Below are positions 12,553-24,875 of a DNA stretch of 64,000 nucleotides, piece by piece (positions within the stretch are counted from its first letter, which is position 1; the number at the start of each line of letters is the position of its first letter). The DNA comes from Squalus acanthias (taxonomy: Eukaryota). Location of the stretch: the NCBI GenBank assembly GCA_030390025.1, contig CM059431.1, positions 143,594,001 through 143,658,000 on the forward strand. Reading direction: 5' to 3'. The notes below the pieces were generated by a model. That model did no database searches. It saw nothing but the letters and a program-made list of their open reading frames with translations, and was not told the DNA's origin. Made by a program: the position numbers and the translations under genes.

Positions 12553-12752
12553 TATTTATAGGGGCTGTACTCACTAACAATATCTCCTGCCAACTCCAGC
12601 TCCGCCCAATCTAATGGGGCGTAACCAGGTGCGGACACCTGTTTCCAGGTGATATCATAAAGCAGCCAGGAGCCAATCAAACAGCAGCCAGTAACAATGC
12701 CACAAAGCAGCCGGAGCTCCGCCCAGTCGAGGTGTCGCAGGGTCACATGACC
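12553..12752 (-). promoter_or_regulatory. Pol II promoter-like module, copy 2
   Basis: TATAAATA 12560-12553, GC boxes, CCAAT, E-box GTCACATGAC; paralog of 10830-11045. Confidence 0.55.
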
Positions 12753-13085
12753 ATGCTCTGCACCTGGTGTGCAGTCTCACTGGGGATGAACACATGTTGT
12801 TCATTCAGTCCCGACTCCGACCGGTTCCATCTACTGAAATCCCAGGCAAGGAGCACAACCACGCAAAATTGCCCCTTACACATTCTCCGTCCTATCCTCC
12901 AAATATGAGGTCCCACTATTCAATGGCCCAAATGTCCACCTTTTGAATTATACACCACAAACACTCCCTCACATAATATCAAGTAGAGCGTCTCCCTCCT
13001 TTCTCGACAGTGAAATGCAGTTTGATGTAATGGTGCGTTGATGGAGATATAACAACCACCTCATCTGCGTTCTAAAACTAGTCTA

Positions 13086-14935
13086 TTCCTCGGCATTTGG
13101 TGGAGTGAAAGATGAGGACAAGGGGAACCCTATCGTGGTTCCTGGAGGGAGGGGAAGGGGTTAGAGCAGAAGTGCGGGAAATAGAAAGGACTCGGTCAAG
13201 GTCCATCTCAACCACAGTAGAGGGGAATCCTCGGTTATGGAACAAGGAAGACATATCGGAAGCACTAGTATGGAAGTTGTCTTCGTCAGGGCAGATGCGG
13301 CGGAGATGGAGAAACTGGGAGAATGGAATAGAATCTTTACAGGAATCGGGATGGTAGGAAGTGTAGTCCAGGTAGCTCTGGAGTCAGTGGGCTTGTAGTG
13401 AATGTGTGTCAATAGTATATCCCCAGAGATGGAGTCAGAGAAGTCGAGGAAGGGAAGGGAAGAGTCGGAGATGGAGATGTGAAGGTGAGGGATGGGTGGA
13501 AATTTTAAGCAAAGTGAATGACATTTTGTAGTTCAGGGCGAGAGCAGGAAACAGCACCGATACAGTCATCAACGTACCTGAAAAAGAGGTAAGGAAGGGG
13601 ACCTGAGCAGGACTGGAACAAAGAATGTTCCACCTATACCACGAAAAGGCAGGCATAGCTAGGACCCATGCGGGTTCCCATCGCAACACCTTTAATTTGG
13701 AGGAAGTGAGTGGAGTCAAAGGAGAAGTTGATCAATGTGAGAACAAACTCAGACAGGTGGAGGAAGATGGTGGTGGATGGGGACTACTTGGGCCTTTGTT
13801 CAGAGAAGAAGCGGAGCGCCCTCAGGCCATCCTGGTGGGGGATGGAGGTGTTGAGGGATTGTACATCCAGAGTGAAAAGGAGACGGTTGGGGCCAGGAAA
13901 CTGAAAACTGTGAACGTGGTGGAGAGCATCAGATGAGTCGTAGATGTAGGTGAGAAGAGACTGGACAAGGGGAGAAAAAATAGAGTCGAGATAGGAAGAG
14001 ATATGTTCCGTGGGGCAAGAACTGGCTGAAACAATGGGTCTACCAGGGCACTCCTGTTTGTGGATCTTGGGAAGAAGGTAGAAGCGGGCTGTGCGGGGTT
14101 GGGGAACTATGAGGATGGCGGCCGTGGAGGGAAGTTCCCCAGAAGAGATGAGGTCAGTGACGGTCTTGGAAACGGTGGCTTGATGTTCGGCAGGGGTCAT
14201 GCTCCTGGCAGAGGTAGGAGGAGGTGTCGGAGAGTTGGCGCTCAGCTAGGTATAGGTCGGTTCGCCAAACAACAACAGCACCACCCTGCTCAGCATGTTT
14301 AATGAACATTTTGAGGTTGGATCTGACAGAATGGAGTGCTGCAAGTTCAGAGGTCGGTAGGTTGGAGTGAGTGAGAGGAGCAGAGAAATTGAGACCGCCT
14401 TTGTCACGCTGGCAGTTAGCAATGAAACGATCTAGAGCAGTTAAGAGGCCAGAGGGATGGGTCCACGTAGAACGAGAATTATGAAAACGGGAGAAAGTGC
14501 GCGGGGAAGTCTCCTGGCTAAAGAAGTGGGCACGGAGACTAAGGCGGCGGAAAAAGAGTTCAGCGTCGTGCCGAGCTCGAAATTCATTGAGATGGGGTGT
14601 AAGGGGATGAAGCTCAGGCCTTTGCTAAGGACGGATCGTTCGGGGTCAGAGAGGGGAAGTTCAGAGGGGATAGGGAAAACACGGCAGGGGGTGAGATTGG
14701 AAGAAGGGATGGGGTCAGAGGAACTTGAAGGAGAAGAAGATGCCTTCGGGATGTTTGTGTCCAAGAGTTGTTGAAGCTAGCGAGCTTTGACACCTGAAAG
14801 TAGGAAAAAAAGTTTTTGTTAAAGTGCCGGATGAGGCGAAGGATGAAATGGAACTGCGGTCCAGGACAGCTTTGCGATAGAGTGAGTCGGAGCTGCTGAC
14901 GAGTTTTGCTAAAGCGCCGGATGAGGCGAAGGATG
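13086..14935 (-). mobile_element. Penelope-like retroelement fragment (RT), disrupted
   Basis: LSDPERSVLSKGLSF, FYLLPKIHK..CPGRPIVSA, LFTLDVQSL.TSIPH, IHYKPTDS: PLE RT motifs. GIY-YIG portion not seen. Confidence 0.9.
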
Positions 14936-15470
14936 TGGTTGAATGTGTTCAGTTCTGGTCACCACACCTTAGGAAGGGTTTATTAGCTTTGGAGGGAGTG
15001 CAGCCTAGATTTACCGGAATGATGCATAGACTCCAAGGGTTAAATTACGAGGAGAGATTCCTCAAATTAGGGTCGTATTACCTGGAATTTAAAAGCTTCA
15101 GGGTTGATTTGATTGAAATATTCAAGATAGTAAAGCGAACTGATAGGGTAGATAGAGAGAAACTATTTCCGATGGTTGGCGAGTCTAGGACGAGGGGGCG
15201 GAGTCTAAACAATAGAGCCAGACCTTGCAGGAGTGAAGTTAGGAAACACTTCTACATGAAATGGGTGGTAGAAATTTGTAACTCACTTCCGCAATCGGCA
15301 GTTGATGCTGTGTCAATTGTTAATTTTAAACATGAGATTGATCGTTTTTTGTTAACCTCCGGGATATAGGGAAAAGGGATATAAACGGAGTTGGGTCACA
15401 GATCACACATGATCTAATTAAATGGCGGAACAGGCTCGAGGGGGTAAATGGCTCACTCCTGTTCCTATAA
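14935..15470 (+). mobile_element. CR1 3' fragment
   Basis: ECVQFWSPHLRK...YEER...ESRTRG; 3' UTR GGCGGAACAGGCTCGAGGGG. Confidence 0.85.
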
Positions 15471-15536
15471 TGAGTGAGAAATGGTTGTGTTTCAAGGTGC
15501 TGCACGAGTGGAGATGAGAATCGCGATTAAAAGGAA

Positions 15537-15595
15537 AGCCCGAACAGGGGCTTGAACCCTGGACTCTCAGATTAAAAGTCTGATGCTATGCGGGC
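15537..15595 (-). pseudogene. tRNA-Lys(TTT) pseudogene lacking the D-arm
   Basis: GCCCGCATAGC^ATCAGACTTTTAATCTGAGAGTCCAGGGTTCAAGCCCCTGTTCGGGC; the 14 nt TCAGTCGGTAGAGC of vertebrate Lys-TTT are absent. Confidence 0.88.
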
Positions 15596-15961
15596 TCTGC
15601 TGTGCCTGGACCATACAACGACTTTCAGTGGCTCACGTACTGCATTAAACACTCAACCAATTGCATTTGCTTGTCCAGTAATCCCGGCTGTACAGCGCAT
15701 TTCTCTCACAAACGCAGACTGACTGCCCCCACCGGCTTCAATTCAGGAACAGTCTCCCTCCCACAAAGGACACGCTCTTGAACAGCGGCCTCAGATGTGA
15801 AAACGAAGGTGTCAGTTTGTTACAGTAAATAAATGAGTGCATCTGGCGCTTCTCTCCCTGACACTCGGAAATTAGTGAGACGGACTTTACAGCATGGTTC
15901 TGTTTATTGTGAAAAAGCAATTAAAATATAGTAACGGACTCCAATCAACGGCAAGAAATTC

Positions 15962-16035
15962 TGACGCTGACATGATTTGAACACCGAGGTCTTCGGATCT
16001 CGGAGTCAGACGCGCTGGCGTTGCACCACGGGGTT
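15962..16035 (-). pseudogene. tRNA-Trp pseudogene
   Basis: CGTGGTGCAACGCCAGCGCGTCTGACTCCGAGATCCGAAG...GTTCAAATCATGTC resembles Trp-CCA, with a 1-nt loop insertion and stem mismatches. Confidence 0.85.
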
Positions 16036-16105
16036 ATAACAGCAGGCAGCAATAAAGCTCAGGATACACAACAGGTCGGCCAGCTTCCGAAAAACAATTA
16101 AACTT

Positions 16106-19100
16106 AGAAACATAGAAACACAGAAAATAGGAGCAGGAGTAGTCAATTCGGCCCCTCTAGCCTGCTCCGCCATTCAATGCGATCATGGCTGATCATCCAA
16201 ATTCAGAACCTTGCCCCTGCTTTCTCCCCATATGCCTTGATCCCTTCAGCCTTAAGAATTATATCCAACTTCTTCTTGAATATATTTAATGAATTGGCCT
16301 CTACTGTCTTCTGTGGTAGCGAATTCAACAGGTTCACCACGATCTGGGTGAAACAATTCCTCCTCATTTCTGTCCTAAATGGCTTACCCCTTATCCTTAG
16401 ACTGTGACCACTGGTTCTGGACTCCCCGGTCATCTGGAACAATCCTTCCTGCATCTAGTCTGTCCAGTCCTGTCAGAATTTTATAAGTTTCAATGAGATC
16501 CCCTCTCATTCTTCTAAACAACAGCGAGTATCAGCCCATTCGACCCAATCTCTCCTCATACGTCATTCCTGCCATCCCAGGTATCAGCCTGGTGAATCTT
16601 CGCTGAACTCCTTCCATGGCAAGGACCTCCTTCGTCAGATAAGGCAACCAAAACTGCACACAATACTCAAGATGTGGTCTCAACAAGGCCCTGTACAACT
16701 GCAGCAAGATATACTTGTTCCTGTACTCAAACCCTCTCGCTATGAAGGCCAACATACCATTTGCCTTCTTAACTGCCTGCTACACCTGCATGCTTACCTT
16801 CAGCGACTGGTGCACAAGGATGCCCAGGTCTCGTTGCACTTCCCCTTCTCCCAATCTATTGCCATTCAGATAATAACCTGCCTTCCTGTTTTTGACACCA
16901 AAGTGGATAACCTTGCATTTATCCACGTTATATTGCATCTGCCATGCTTCTGCCCAATCACCCAACCTGTCCAAATCATCCTGGAGTTTCTCTGCATCCT
17001 CCTCACAGCACACACGCCCACCCAGCTTTGTGTCGTCTGCAAACTTGGACATATTACATCTAGTTCCCTTATCTAGATCATTAATATATATTGTGAATAG
17101 CTGGGGTCCAAGGAGCGATCGCTACCGTACCCCATTAATCACTGCCTGCCACTCGGAAAAAGATACGTTTTAGCCAAATCTTTGCTTTCTGTCTGCCAAG
17201 CAGTCTCTATCCAAGTCAATACCGTGCCCCCAATCCCATGTGCCTTAACTTTACACGCTAATCTCTTATGCGGGACCTTATCGAAAGCCTTTTGAAAGTC
17301 CAAATACACCACATCCACTGGTTCTTCCTTATCTATTTTACCAGTTAGATCCTCAAAAAATTCCAGTAGATTAGTCAAGCACGATTTACCTTTTGTAAAT
17401 CCATGTTGACTTTGTCCGATCCTGTCACTGTTTTCCTGGTGCTCTGCTATTACATCTTTTATAATGGACTCTAGCATTTTCCCCACTACCGATGTCAGGC
17501 TTACCGGTCAATAATTCCGCGTTTTCTCTCTACCACCTTTTTTGAATAGTGTGGTAACATTAGCTACCCTCCAATCCATGGGTATTGTTCCAGATTCCAT
17601 CGAATGTTGGAAGATGATCAGCAATGCATCGACTATTTGTAGGGCCACTTCCTTAAGTACCCTAGGATGTAGAATATCAGGCCCTGGGGATTTATCGGCC
17701 TTCAATCCCGTCAATTTCCTGAACACCATTTCCCTACAAATACTGATTTCTTTCAGTTCCTCCGTTTCATCAGACCCTATGTTCCCCGACATCTCTGGGA
17801 GGTTATTTGTGACCTCCTTTGTGAAGACAGAACCAAAATATGTATTTAATTGGTCTGCCATTTCCTGGTTCCCCATTATACGTGCCCCTGATTCTGACTG
17901 CAAGGGACCTACGCTTGACTTCACCAATCTTTTCCTCTTCACATATCTATAAAAGCTTTTACAGTCAGTTTTTATGTTCGCTGCAAGCTCCCTCTCATAT
18001 TCTATTTTCCCCTTCTTAATTAATCCCTTTGTCCTCCTTTGTTGACTCCTAAACTGCTCCCAATCATCAGGTTTACTGCTTTTTCTGGACAATTTATATG
18101 ACCTCTCCTTGGATCTTATGCTATCCCTAATTTCCCTTGTTAGCCACGGTTGAGTCAACTTTTTTTGTTTTATTCTTATGCCCAACTGGGATGAACAAAT
18201 TCTGTAGTTCATCCGTGCGGTCTTTGAATGTTTGCCATTGCCTATCCACCGTCAACCCTTTAATGACATTCCCCAATCAATCCTACCCAACTCGCGCCTC
18301 ATACCATCGTAGTTTCCTTTATTTAAATTCAGGACCATAGACTCTGATTCAACTACTTCACTCTCCATCCTAATAAAGAATTCTATCATATTATGATCAC
18401 TCTGACCCAAGGGGCCTCGTACAACAAGGTTGCTAATTAATCCTTTCTCATTACATAATACCCAGTCTAAGATGGCCTGATCTCTGTTTGGTTCCTCTAC
18501 ATATTGGTCCAGGAAACCATCCCGTAAACACTCCAGGAATTCCTCCAACAAAGAATTGTTACTAATTTGGTTATCCCAATCTATATGTAGATTAAAGTCA
18601 CCCATGATGACTGCTGTGCCCTTATTGCACGCTTCTCTAATTTCCCTTTTAATGCCATCCCCAAACTCCGCATTACTGTTTGGAGGTCTATATACCACTC
18701 CCACTAAGGTTTTCTGCCCCTTGGTATTTCTCAGTTCTACATGTACAGATTCCACATCATCAGAGCTAATATCCTTCCTTAAAATTGTGTTAATCCCCTC
18801 TATAACCAGCAATGCTACCCCACCTCCCTTTCCTTTTTGCCTATCTTTCCTGAATATTGAATACCCCTGGATGTTGTGTTCCCAGCCTTGGCCACCCTGG
18901 AGCCATGTTTCCGTAATCCCAATCAAATCATATTCGTTTACCTCTATTTGCGCAGCTAATTCATCCACCTTATTCCTAATGCTCCTCGCATTAAGACACA
19001 AAGCCTTCAGGCTTGTTTTTTTAACGCACTTAGACCTATTAGAATTATTATTTACTGTGGCCATGTTTGATTTAAACCGTTGATTTCTCTGACTGCCACT

Positions 19101-20460
19101 TTTGTTATTCTCCTTCCTATCTTTTGCTTTTATCCTTGTTTCCCTTTCCTCTGTCTCCCTGCTCACGTGCCCAAACCCCTGCTAAATTAGTTTGAACCCT
19201 CCCCAACAGCACTAGCAAGCACTCCCCCTTGGACATCGGTCTCGGGCCTGCCCAGGTGCAAACCGTACGGTTTGTACTGGTCCCACCTCCCCCAGAACCG
19301 GTTGCACTGTCACAGGAATTTGAATGCCTCCCCCTTGTACCATTTCTCTAGCCACGTATTCAGCTGAAATATCATTCTATTTCTTTTCTGACTAGCACGT
19401 GGCACTGGTAGCAATCCTGAGATTTGAAGCCCTATTTTTTAATTTACCTCCTAACTCCCTATATTCAGCTTTTATGATCTCATCCCCTTTTTTACCTATA
19501 TCGTTGGTACCTATATGCACCACGACAACTGACTGTTCACCCTCCCCTTCCAAAATGTTCTGCAGCCGCTCTGAGACCTCCTTGACCGTTGCACCAGGGA
19601 GGCAACACACCATCCTGGAGTCTCGTTTGCGGCCGCAGAAACGCCTATCGTTTCCCTTTACAATAGAATCCCCTATCACTATAGCTCTACCCCTCTTTTT
19701 CCTCCCGTCCTGTGCAGCAAAGCCACCCCTGGTGCCAGGAATTTGGCTGCTGCTGCCTTCCTCTGATAAGACATACCCCCAATAGTATTCAAAGTGGTAT
19801 ATCTGTTTGAGAGGGGGATGTCCACAGCGGACTCCTGCACTACCTGCCTGCACCAACTACTCTGTCTGTTGGTCACCCATTCCCTTTCTGCCTGTGCATC
19901 CTTTGCCTGCGGTGTGACCAACTGCTCAAACGTGATATCCACGATGTCCTCAGCATCGCGAATGGTCCAGTATGTATCCAATCGCAGCTCTTGCACCGCA
20001 ATGCGATCTGCCAGTAGCTACAGCTGGATACAACTCCTGCACACATGGTTGTCAGGGGAAATGGAAGTTTCCCTGAGTTCCCACATAGCGCAGGAGGAGC
20101 ATACCACGGGGCCGAGCTCTCCTGCCATGACTTACCCTTTAATTAATTCAAATTAAATTAAATCAAATCAATTCCACCAATTACACTCCAGTTAAAAGAT
20201 ATACTTAAGGGCCCTGGTTTGCCACTAGTCCCCGCTACACCACAGAGAGCTTAGAAACTAAAAACCACAGAGTTTAAGTTTAAAAAGAGAGAAATACTCA
20301 CCTACCAATCACTTACCTGCTTTCTGGTGACGTCACACTTCGATTACTTTTTACTTCTCCACCTCCCTCTGAGCTCGGAGATTGGTAAGCCTACCTGGTC
20401 TCTGCCGCCTCTTTTAAACCTCGCCGCCGCCGCCTCGTTTCCCGCAGGTCCGCCGCGGCG
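16106..20460 (-). mobile_element. Full-length (4355 bp) CR1 LINE, ORF1 and ORF2 disrupted
   Basis: GC-rich 5' UTR; ORF1 20128-19187; ORF2 APE/RT fragments 19166-16203; TTTCTATG-type tail. ACTT TSD (16102-16105, 20461-20464), with an empty site at ~31560-31580. Confidence 0.96.
19187..20128 (-). pseudogene. CR1 ORF1: CxxC-CxxC zinc finger plus SGNH/GDSL esterase domain, disrupted
   Basis: MAGELGPVVCSSCAMWE...HVCRSCIQL*; IVIGDSIV, CCLPGA, VVHIGTND motifs. Confidence 0.9.
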
Positions 20461-20589
20461 ACTTTCGGCGTCTAGACAGTCGTTAGAACTACAAACAAGG
20501 TCATGTGAAAATATAAACTGTGGGTGTGTATATATAGAATGATAGAAACTCAGAAGCACAGAAGGAGGACATTCGGCCCGTCCTGCCTG

Positions 20590-21000
20590 TGCTGGCTGAA
20601 AAAGAGCAGCCGTGCTGTATTTCCATATAAGTCCTCCCAAATTGCATCACTTCACACTTCTCCGCATTGAACTCGACCTGCCAGGCGTCTGCCCATTTCA
20701 CCATCGTGTCTGTATCATCCTGAAGTCGACAACTATCCTCATCATTATCTATTAAGGGTCCAATTTCGTGAAATTTGCAAACCTTTTAATGCTGCTCGTG
20801 TCAAGTTCGTTTATAAAAGTTGCAAAGAGTAACGGACCCAAAACAGACCCTTGGGGAACACCACTGCAAACCACCTTTCATCTGAAAAACACCCATCCAT
20901 CATCATCCTTTACTTCCTGTCACTGAGCGAATTCTGTATCCACACCATTACTTTTCTCTTACTTCCATGGGCTTCCATCTTCTTAACAGGCCTCTTGTCT
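20590..21000 (-). mobile_element. Degenerate CR1 RT fragment
   Basis: MVKWADAWQVEFNAEKCEVMQFG; upstream GVPQGSVLGP-like sequence. Confidence 0.75.
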
Positions 21001-21461
21001 GTGTGTGATATTTATATAGAAAGTTAGTGTTTATATGATGAGTGCGATGCGTTATATGTGGGCCAGTTTAAAGTTTATTTTTATAATATGATATATATAT
21101 AATTGAATCTGTGATCATTCTAAATGTACTTGGTTGTATCTGTGCGCTAGTTATAAATATATTTGTGTATCTTTGTGTTATTTATCATTGTTTTTGCGTT
21201 TGTGTGTGTCTTTGTTATGTATAAATATATTTCTGTGTAATTTATAAGTACCATATTGAGAAATAAATATATACAAAATACATTTGGAATGAAGGCAGAT
21301 GTCCCCCAATAAAGGAATAAATATAAAAGGTACATGGGAAAACATTTGCAACCAGCAGAGTCATGAAATACATTTACATGTAAAATAATCAAAATAAATT
21401 TGCATCCAAAATGGATAGACACAATTATATTTAAAATTATCGCAGTGATTTTAATTATTTT

Positions 21462-21533
21462 TCCTTGGTGATCTAGTGGTTAGAATTCGGCACTTTCATT
21501 GTCTCGGCCTGTGTTCTAGTCCCAGTCAAAGGC
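21462..21533 (+). pseudogene. tRNA-Glu(TTC) pseudogene
   Basis: TCCTTGGTGATCTAGTGGTTAGAATTCGGCACTTTCATTG... matches the Glu body; B box and stems damaged. Confidence 0.85.
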
Positions 21534-21829
21534 TAAAGCGCAGCTTTTAATTCAATTATTTACATGCATCTGCTTTGAGAAAAAAAACCTATTCTTTTAA
21601 TCCCCATTAATGAACTGATGACCTTCTTTTGCTGAATGAAAGAAATGATCAATAACCGAGAGTCGATACTTCAATATTTTTTATGTGATGAACTGTTACC
21701 AACATCTCATTTCACACACAGGAGTCTGGTTTAAAATGTTCATTGCTTCTAACACCAGAAATCTGGTGCAACTTTTGTTAAACTTAACTGGACCGGCCAT
21801 TTCTCAGACAGTAATATTCTCTGACACAA

Positions 21830-21895
21830 TGTTCCCGCCCGGGCCCAGGACATTCCGCGCGTGAGGCGAAGGTGATAACCGCTCCAGCCGGAAAC
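21830..21895 (-). pseudogene. tRNA-Val(CAC) pseudogene, T-loop deleted
   Basis: GTTTCCGG..GGTTATCACCTTCGCCTCACGCGCGGAATGTCCTGGGCCCGGGCGGGAACA; TTCGAAA is missing. Confidence 0.82.
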
Positions 21896-22854
21896 CAGCG
21901 CTTCACCGCACACACACTGTTCAGCGAGATGCTCAATTCCACTTACTGCAAATTCATCACTAGTAAACCGACAATCCCAGGGTGCTGGTTTTCAGATTTA
22001 CATCAGCAACATTTTAAATGAATTCATGGCACCGCGAACCAGCTCTACTGCAACCGGTGCGGTCTCCCTTCCAGCCTTTCCCTGCCTTGTTTGTTCCGAA
22101 GTGTTCTGATTGTCATCGAACTGAAACGTTAACTCTGTTTCACTCTCCACAGATGCTGCCTGACCTGCTGGATATGTTGATGGAGTTAGATGAAGTAGGA
22201 TGGGAGGAGGCTCATGAGACTAAAAACACGGGTATGGACCTGTTGGGCTGAATGGCCTGTTCCCCTGCTGTAAATACTGTGTAATACTGTATAGTACAAC
22301 ACAGATATTCCCCCGTGCAAACATCATCTACTTGTGTTACTTTTTAAGTGTTCAAATGCTTACTGCGGGTTCGCTGCTGGCGTAGACCAATTTCACTCAA
22401 CGATCTTCTGACGCGGAGATGAGGGTGCTGGTACTGAGTCAAAGCTATTCTGAACCGGACATCTGCTCCTGTATTGTTGTGTCGGGTCTTTGGTATTATC
22501 CTACTTTTTTCATTCCAAGTTATGAAAGTTCTGACCCTCAGTTGTTGAATAAAATTATCACAAATCTTCAATGACCGACCGACAACATTTTCGCAGTTTC
22601 CATACCCACTTTCTCCAAATAGTGTTCGACATGCCATGAAAATATCCAATCAACTTTTATATTCATGGTAATTATAGTCCAAGTTAATCTCTCTTCTTTA
22701 GTCGAATCACATTCCAGGTGGAGTGGGTCTTTATCAATGTTTTGGTTGAAGGCTTGTGCGTGTGGAAGATTATTTAAGTTTTTGTGGCACTGACACTTAA
22801 CATTTAAGCTTCAGTAATATTGGGCACACGCAGTTGGTGTAAGTGTTCGGTTGG

Positions 22855-22939
22855 AACGTGGTGGCCGAGTGATTCAGCGATGGATTATTAATCAATTGTG
22901 TGAATTTCGCGCGTGGATGTTAATTTCGCCCTAACTCGC
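22855..22939 (+). pseudogene. tRNA-Ser(GCT)-like remnant
   Basis: AACGTGGTGGCCGAGTGATTCAGCGATGGATTATTAATCAATTGTG...CGCGTGG versus Ser-GCT GACGAGGTGGCCGAGTGGTTAAGGCGATGGACTGCTAATCCATTGTG. Confidence 0.7.
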
Positions 22940-23420
22940 ATCAAGTCCCGTTCACCCATCGGGACTATACTCGCTGACCTACATTGGTTCCCGGTTAAGC
23001 AATGCCTCGATATTAAAATTATCAACCTTGTTTTCAAATCCCTGGATGGCCTCGTCTCTCCCTATCGCTTTAATCTCGCCAAGCCCTACAACCCTCCGAG
23101 ATTTCTGCGTTCCTGCAATGCTGGCCTCTTGTGCATCCTCGGTTTAATCGCTCCACCATTGGTGGCTTTGCCTTGATTTTGCCAAGGTCCGAAGCTCAGG
23201 AATTCCTGCCCTAAACCTCTTCGCCTCTCTACCTCTCTTTCCTCGTTTAACACGCACCTTAAAACCTACCTCTTTTACCAAGATTGTGGACATCTGCCCT
23301 AATATCTTCTTTCGTGTTTCGGTGTCAAATTGTGGTTGATAATCGGTCATGCAAAGCGGTTTGGGACGTTTTACTGCGTTGAAGGCGCTTTGTGAATGCA
23401 AGTTGTTTTTGTTGTTGTTC
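22930..23420 (+). mobile_element. L2-clade LINE 3' end
   Basis: LADLHWFPVKQCLDIKI..LVFKSL (L2 LHWLP motif); tail GCGCTTTGTGAATGCAAGTTG(TTG)n. Confidence 0.82.
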
Positions 23421-24801
23421 GGAATATAGGAGGAGGCAATTCAGCCAATCGAATCTCTTTCGCCATTTAATTAGATTATGGTTAATCTGTAGTTTAACTC
23501 CATCCACAGTCCTAGGTTCCTTTATCATATTGGCCTTTTCTCTTATCCTTGCTATACACAACTTTTAGACTAACGCTGTTGAAATTCTGCATCATTATCT
23601 CGATTACTGCCGAAAATCCCATTGAGCTCTGGAATGGTTTTGCCCAGTTGCGCTTCCAGCGTCCTGGATGGTGTGAGTGTTTCAGAGTGTGACGTCACGG
23701 TTGCTGCCATTGAAACAACGATAGGAACATTGGAGAGGTGGGAACCCGCGGGTAGAGGCTGCTGTCAAGGATCAGCCATAGAATCATAGAATCAGCACAG
23801 TACCCACTGTGCCTGTGCCGGTTCTTTGAAAGAGCGATCCAATTATCCCCACTCCCCTGCTCTTTCCCCATAGCCCTGCAATGCTTTTCATTTTAACTTC
23901 ACTTTTTAAAGTTATTATTAAATCTGCTTTCACCGCCCTCTCACGCAGGGCACGCACCCAGATCGTAACAACTCGTTGAGTAAAGGAAAATCTCCCCACA
24001 CCACCTCCCCCGCCACGGTTTTTTTTTACCAATTATCTTCAATCAGTGTCCTCTGGTTACCGACCCTCTAGTCAGTGGAAACAGCTTCACCCTCTCTGCT
24101 CTATTCCACACCGCCCCCCCCTCTCCCCCGGCCATTATTTGTAACACCTCAATTAAATCTCCGCTTAACCTTCTCTGCTCTATGGCGAACAATCCCAGCT
24201 TTTATCGTCTCTCCCTGAATTCCCTCTTCCCTGGACATGATACAAAGCGACGAAGTTTGGAAAATATTGCCAGTTGGAAGCGGGAAAATCGATAGGATAC
24301 AAATGTTAAACTACCGTCGCCAGCTTTGTGAATCATTAGATCCGCTTTGGGAAACGGAATCAGAGGAGAATGAAGTGCGAACCGCCCGATTGACCAGAGG
24401 CGGTTAAGACACCGTTTCCTGGTTTCAGACGCTGGGTCATTTACTCTGATGTTATCGGTGACATTGACTGATCTGAACTACTTAAAGGATTCACGTTACT
24501 ACAGATCAGGAACTCAAACCTAACATCGGGGTCAAGACAATCAGAATACATCGCAACAAACAAGGCGCCGAAAGGCTGGCAGGTAGACCGCACCGGCTGC
24601 AGGAGAGCTGGTTCACGGTGACATGGGTGTGTCTACAGTGTGCGGGACCAGACAGTATCTGTGTGTCCACAATGAATGTCCCATTCTTGAATTTGGAAAT
24701 GTAAAACTGACAGTGAGCAATTGCTATTCCGGTCGCAGAAATCTGAAACTTTATCTCACCGACACCCTGGTTTAGGGAATCTTGGAAGGGCATGCTCGGC
24801 C

Positions 24802-24875
24802 GTCTCTGTGGCGCAATCGGTTTGCGCGTTCGGCTGTTAACCGAAAGGTTGGCGGTTCGAGCCCACCCAGAGACG
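24802..24875 (+). tRNA. trnN-GTT: tRNA-Asn (GTT), near intact
   Basis: GTCTCTGTGGCGCAATCGGTTTGCGCGTTCGGCTGTTAACCGAAAGGTTGGCGGTTCGAGCCCACCCAGAGACG. Perfect acceptor and anticodon stems, A and B boxes, downstream T-runs; one T-stem C-A mismatch. Confidence 0.93.

Noticed and set aside
15962..16035. 8-nt anticodon loop as a frameshift-suppressor tRNA
   Set aside because: Acceptor, D and anticodon stems also carry mismatches; this is ordinary decay.
17542..19785. Plus-strand ORFs of 128-175 aa (and similar antisense ORFs elsewhere)
   Set aside because: Antisense shadows of LINE coding sequence with no independent motifs.
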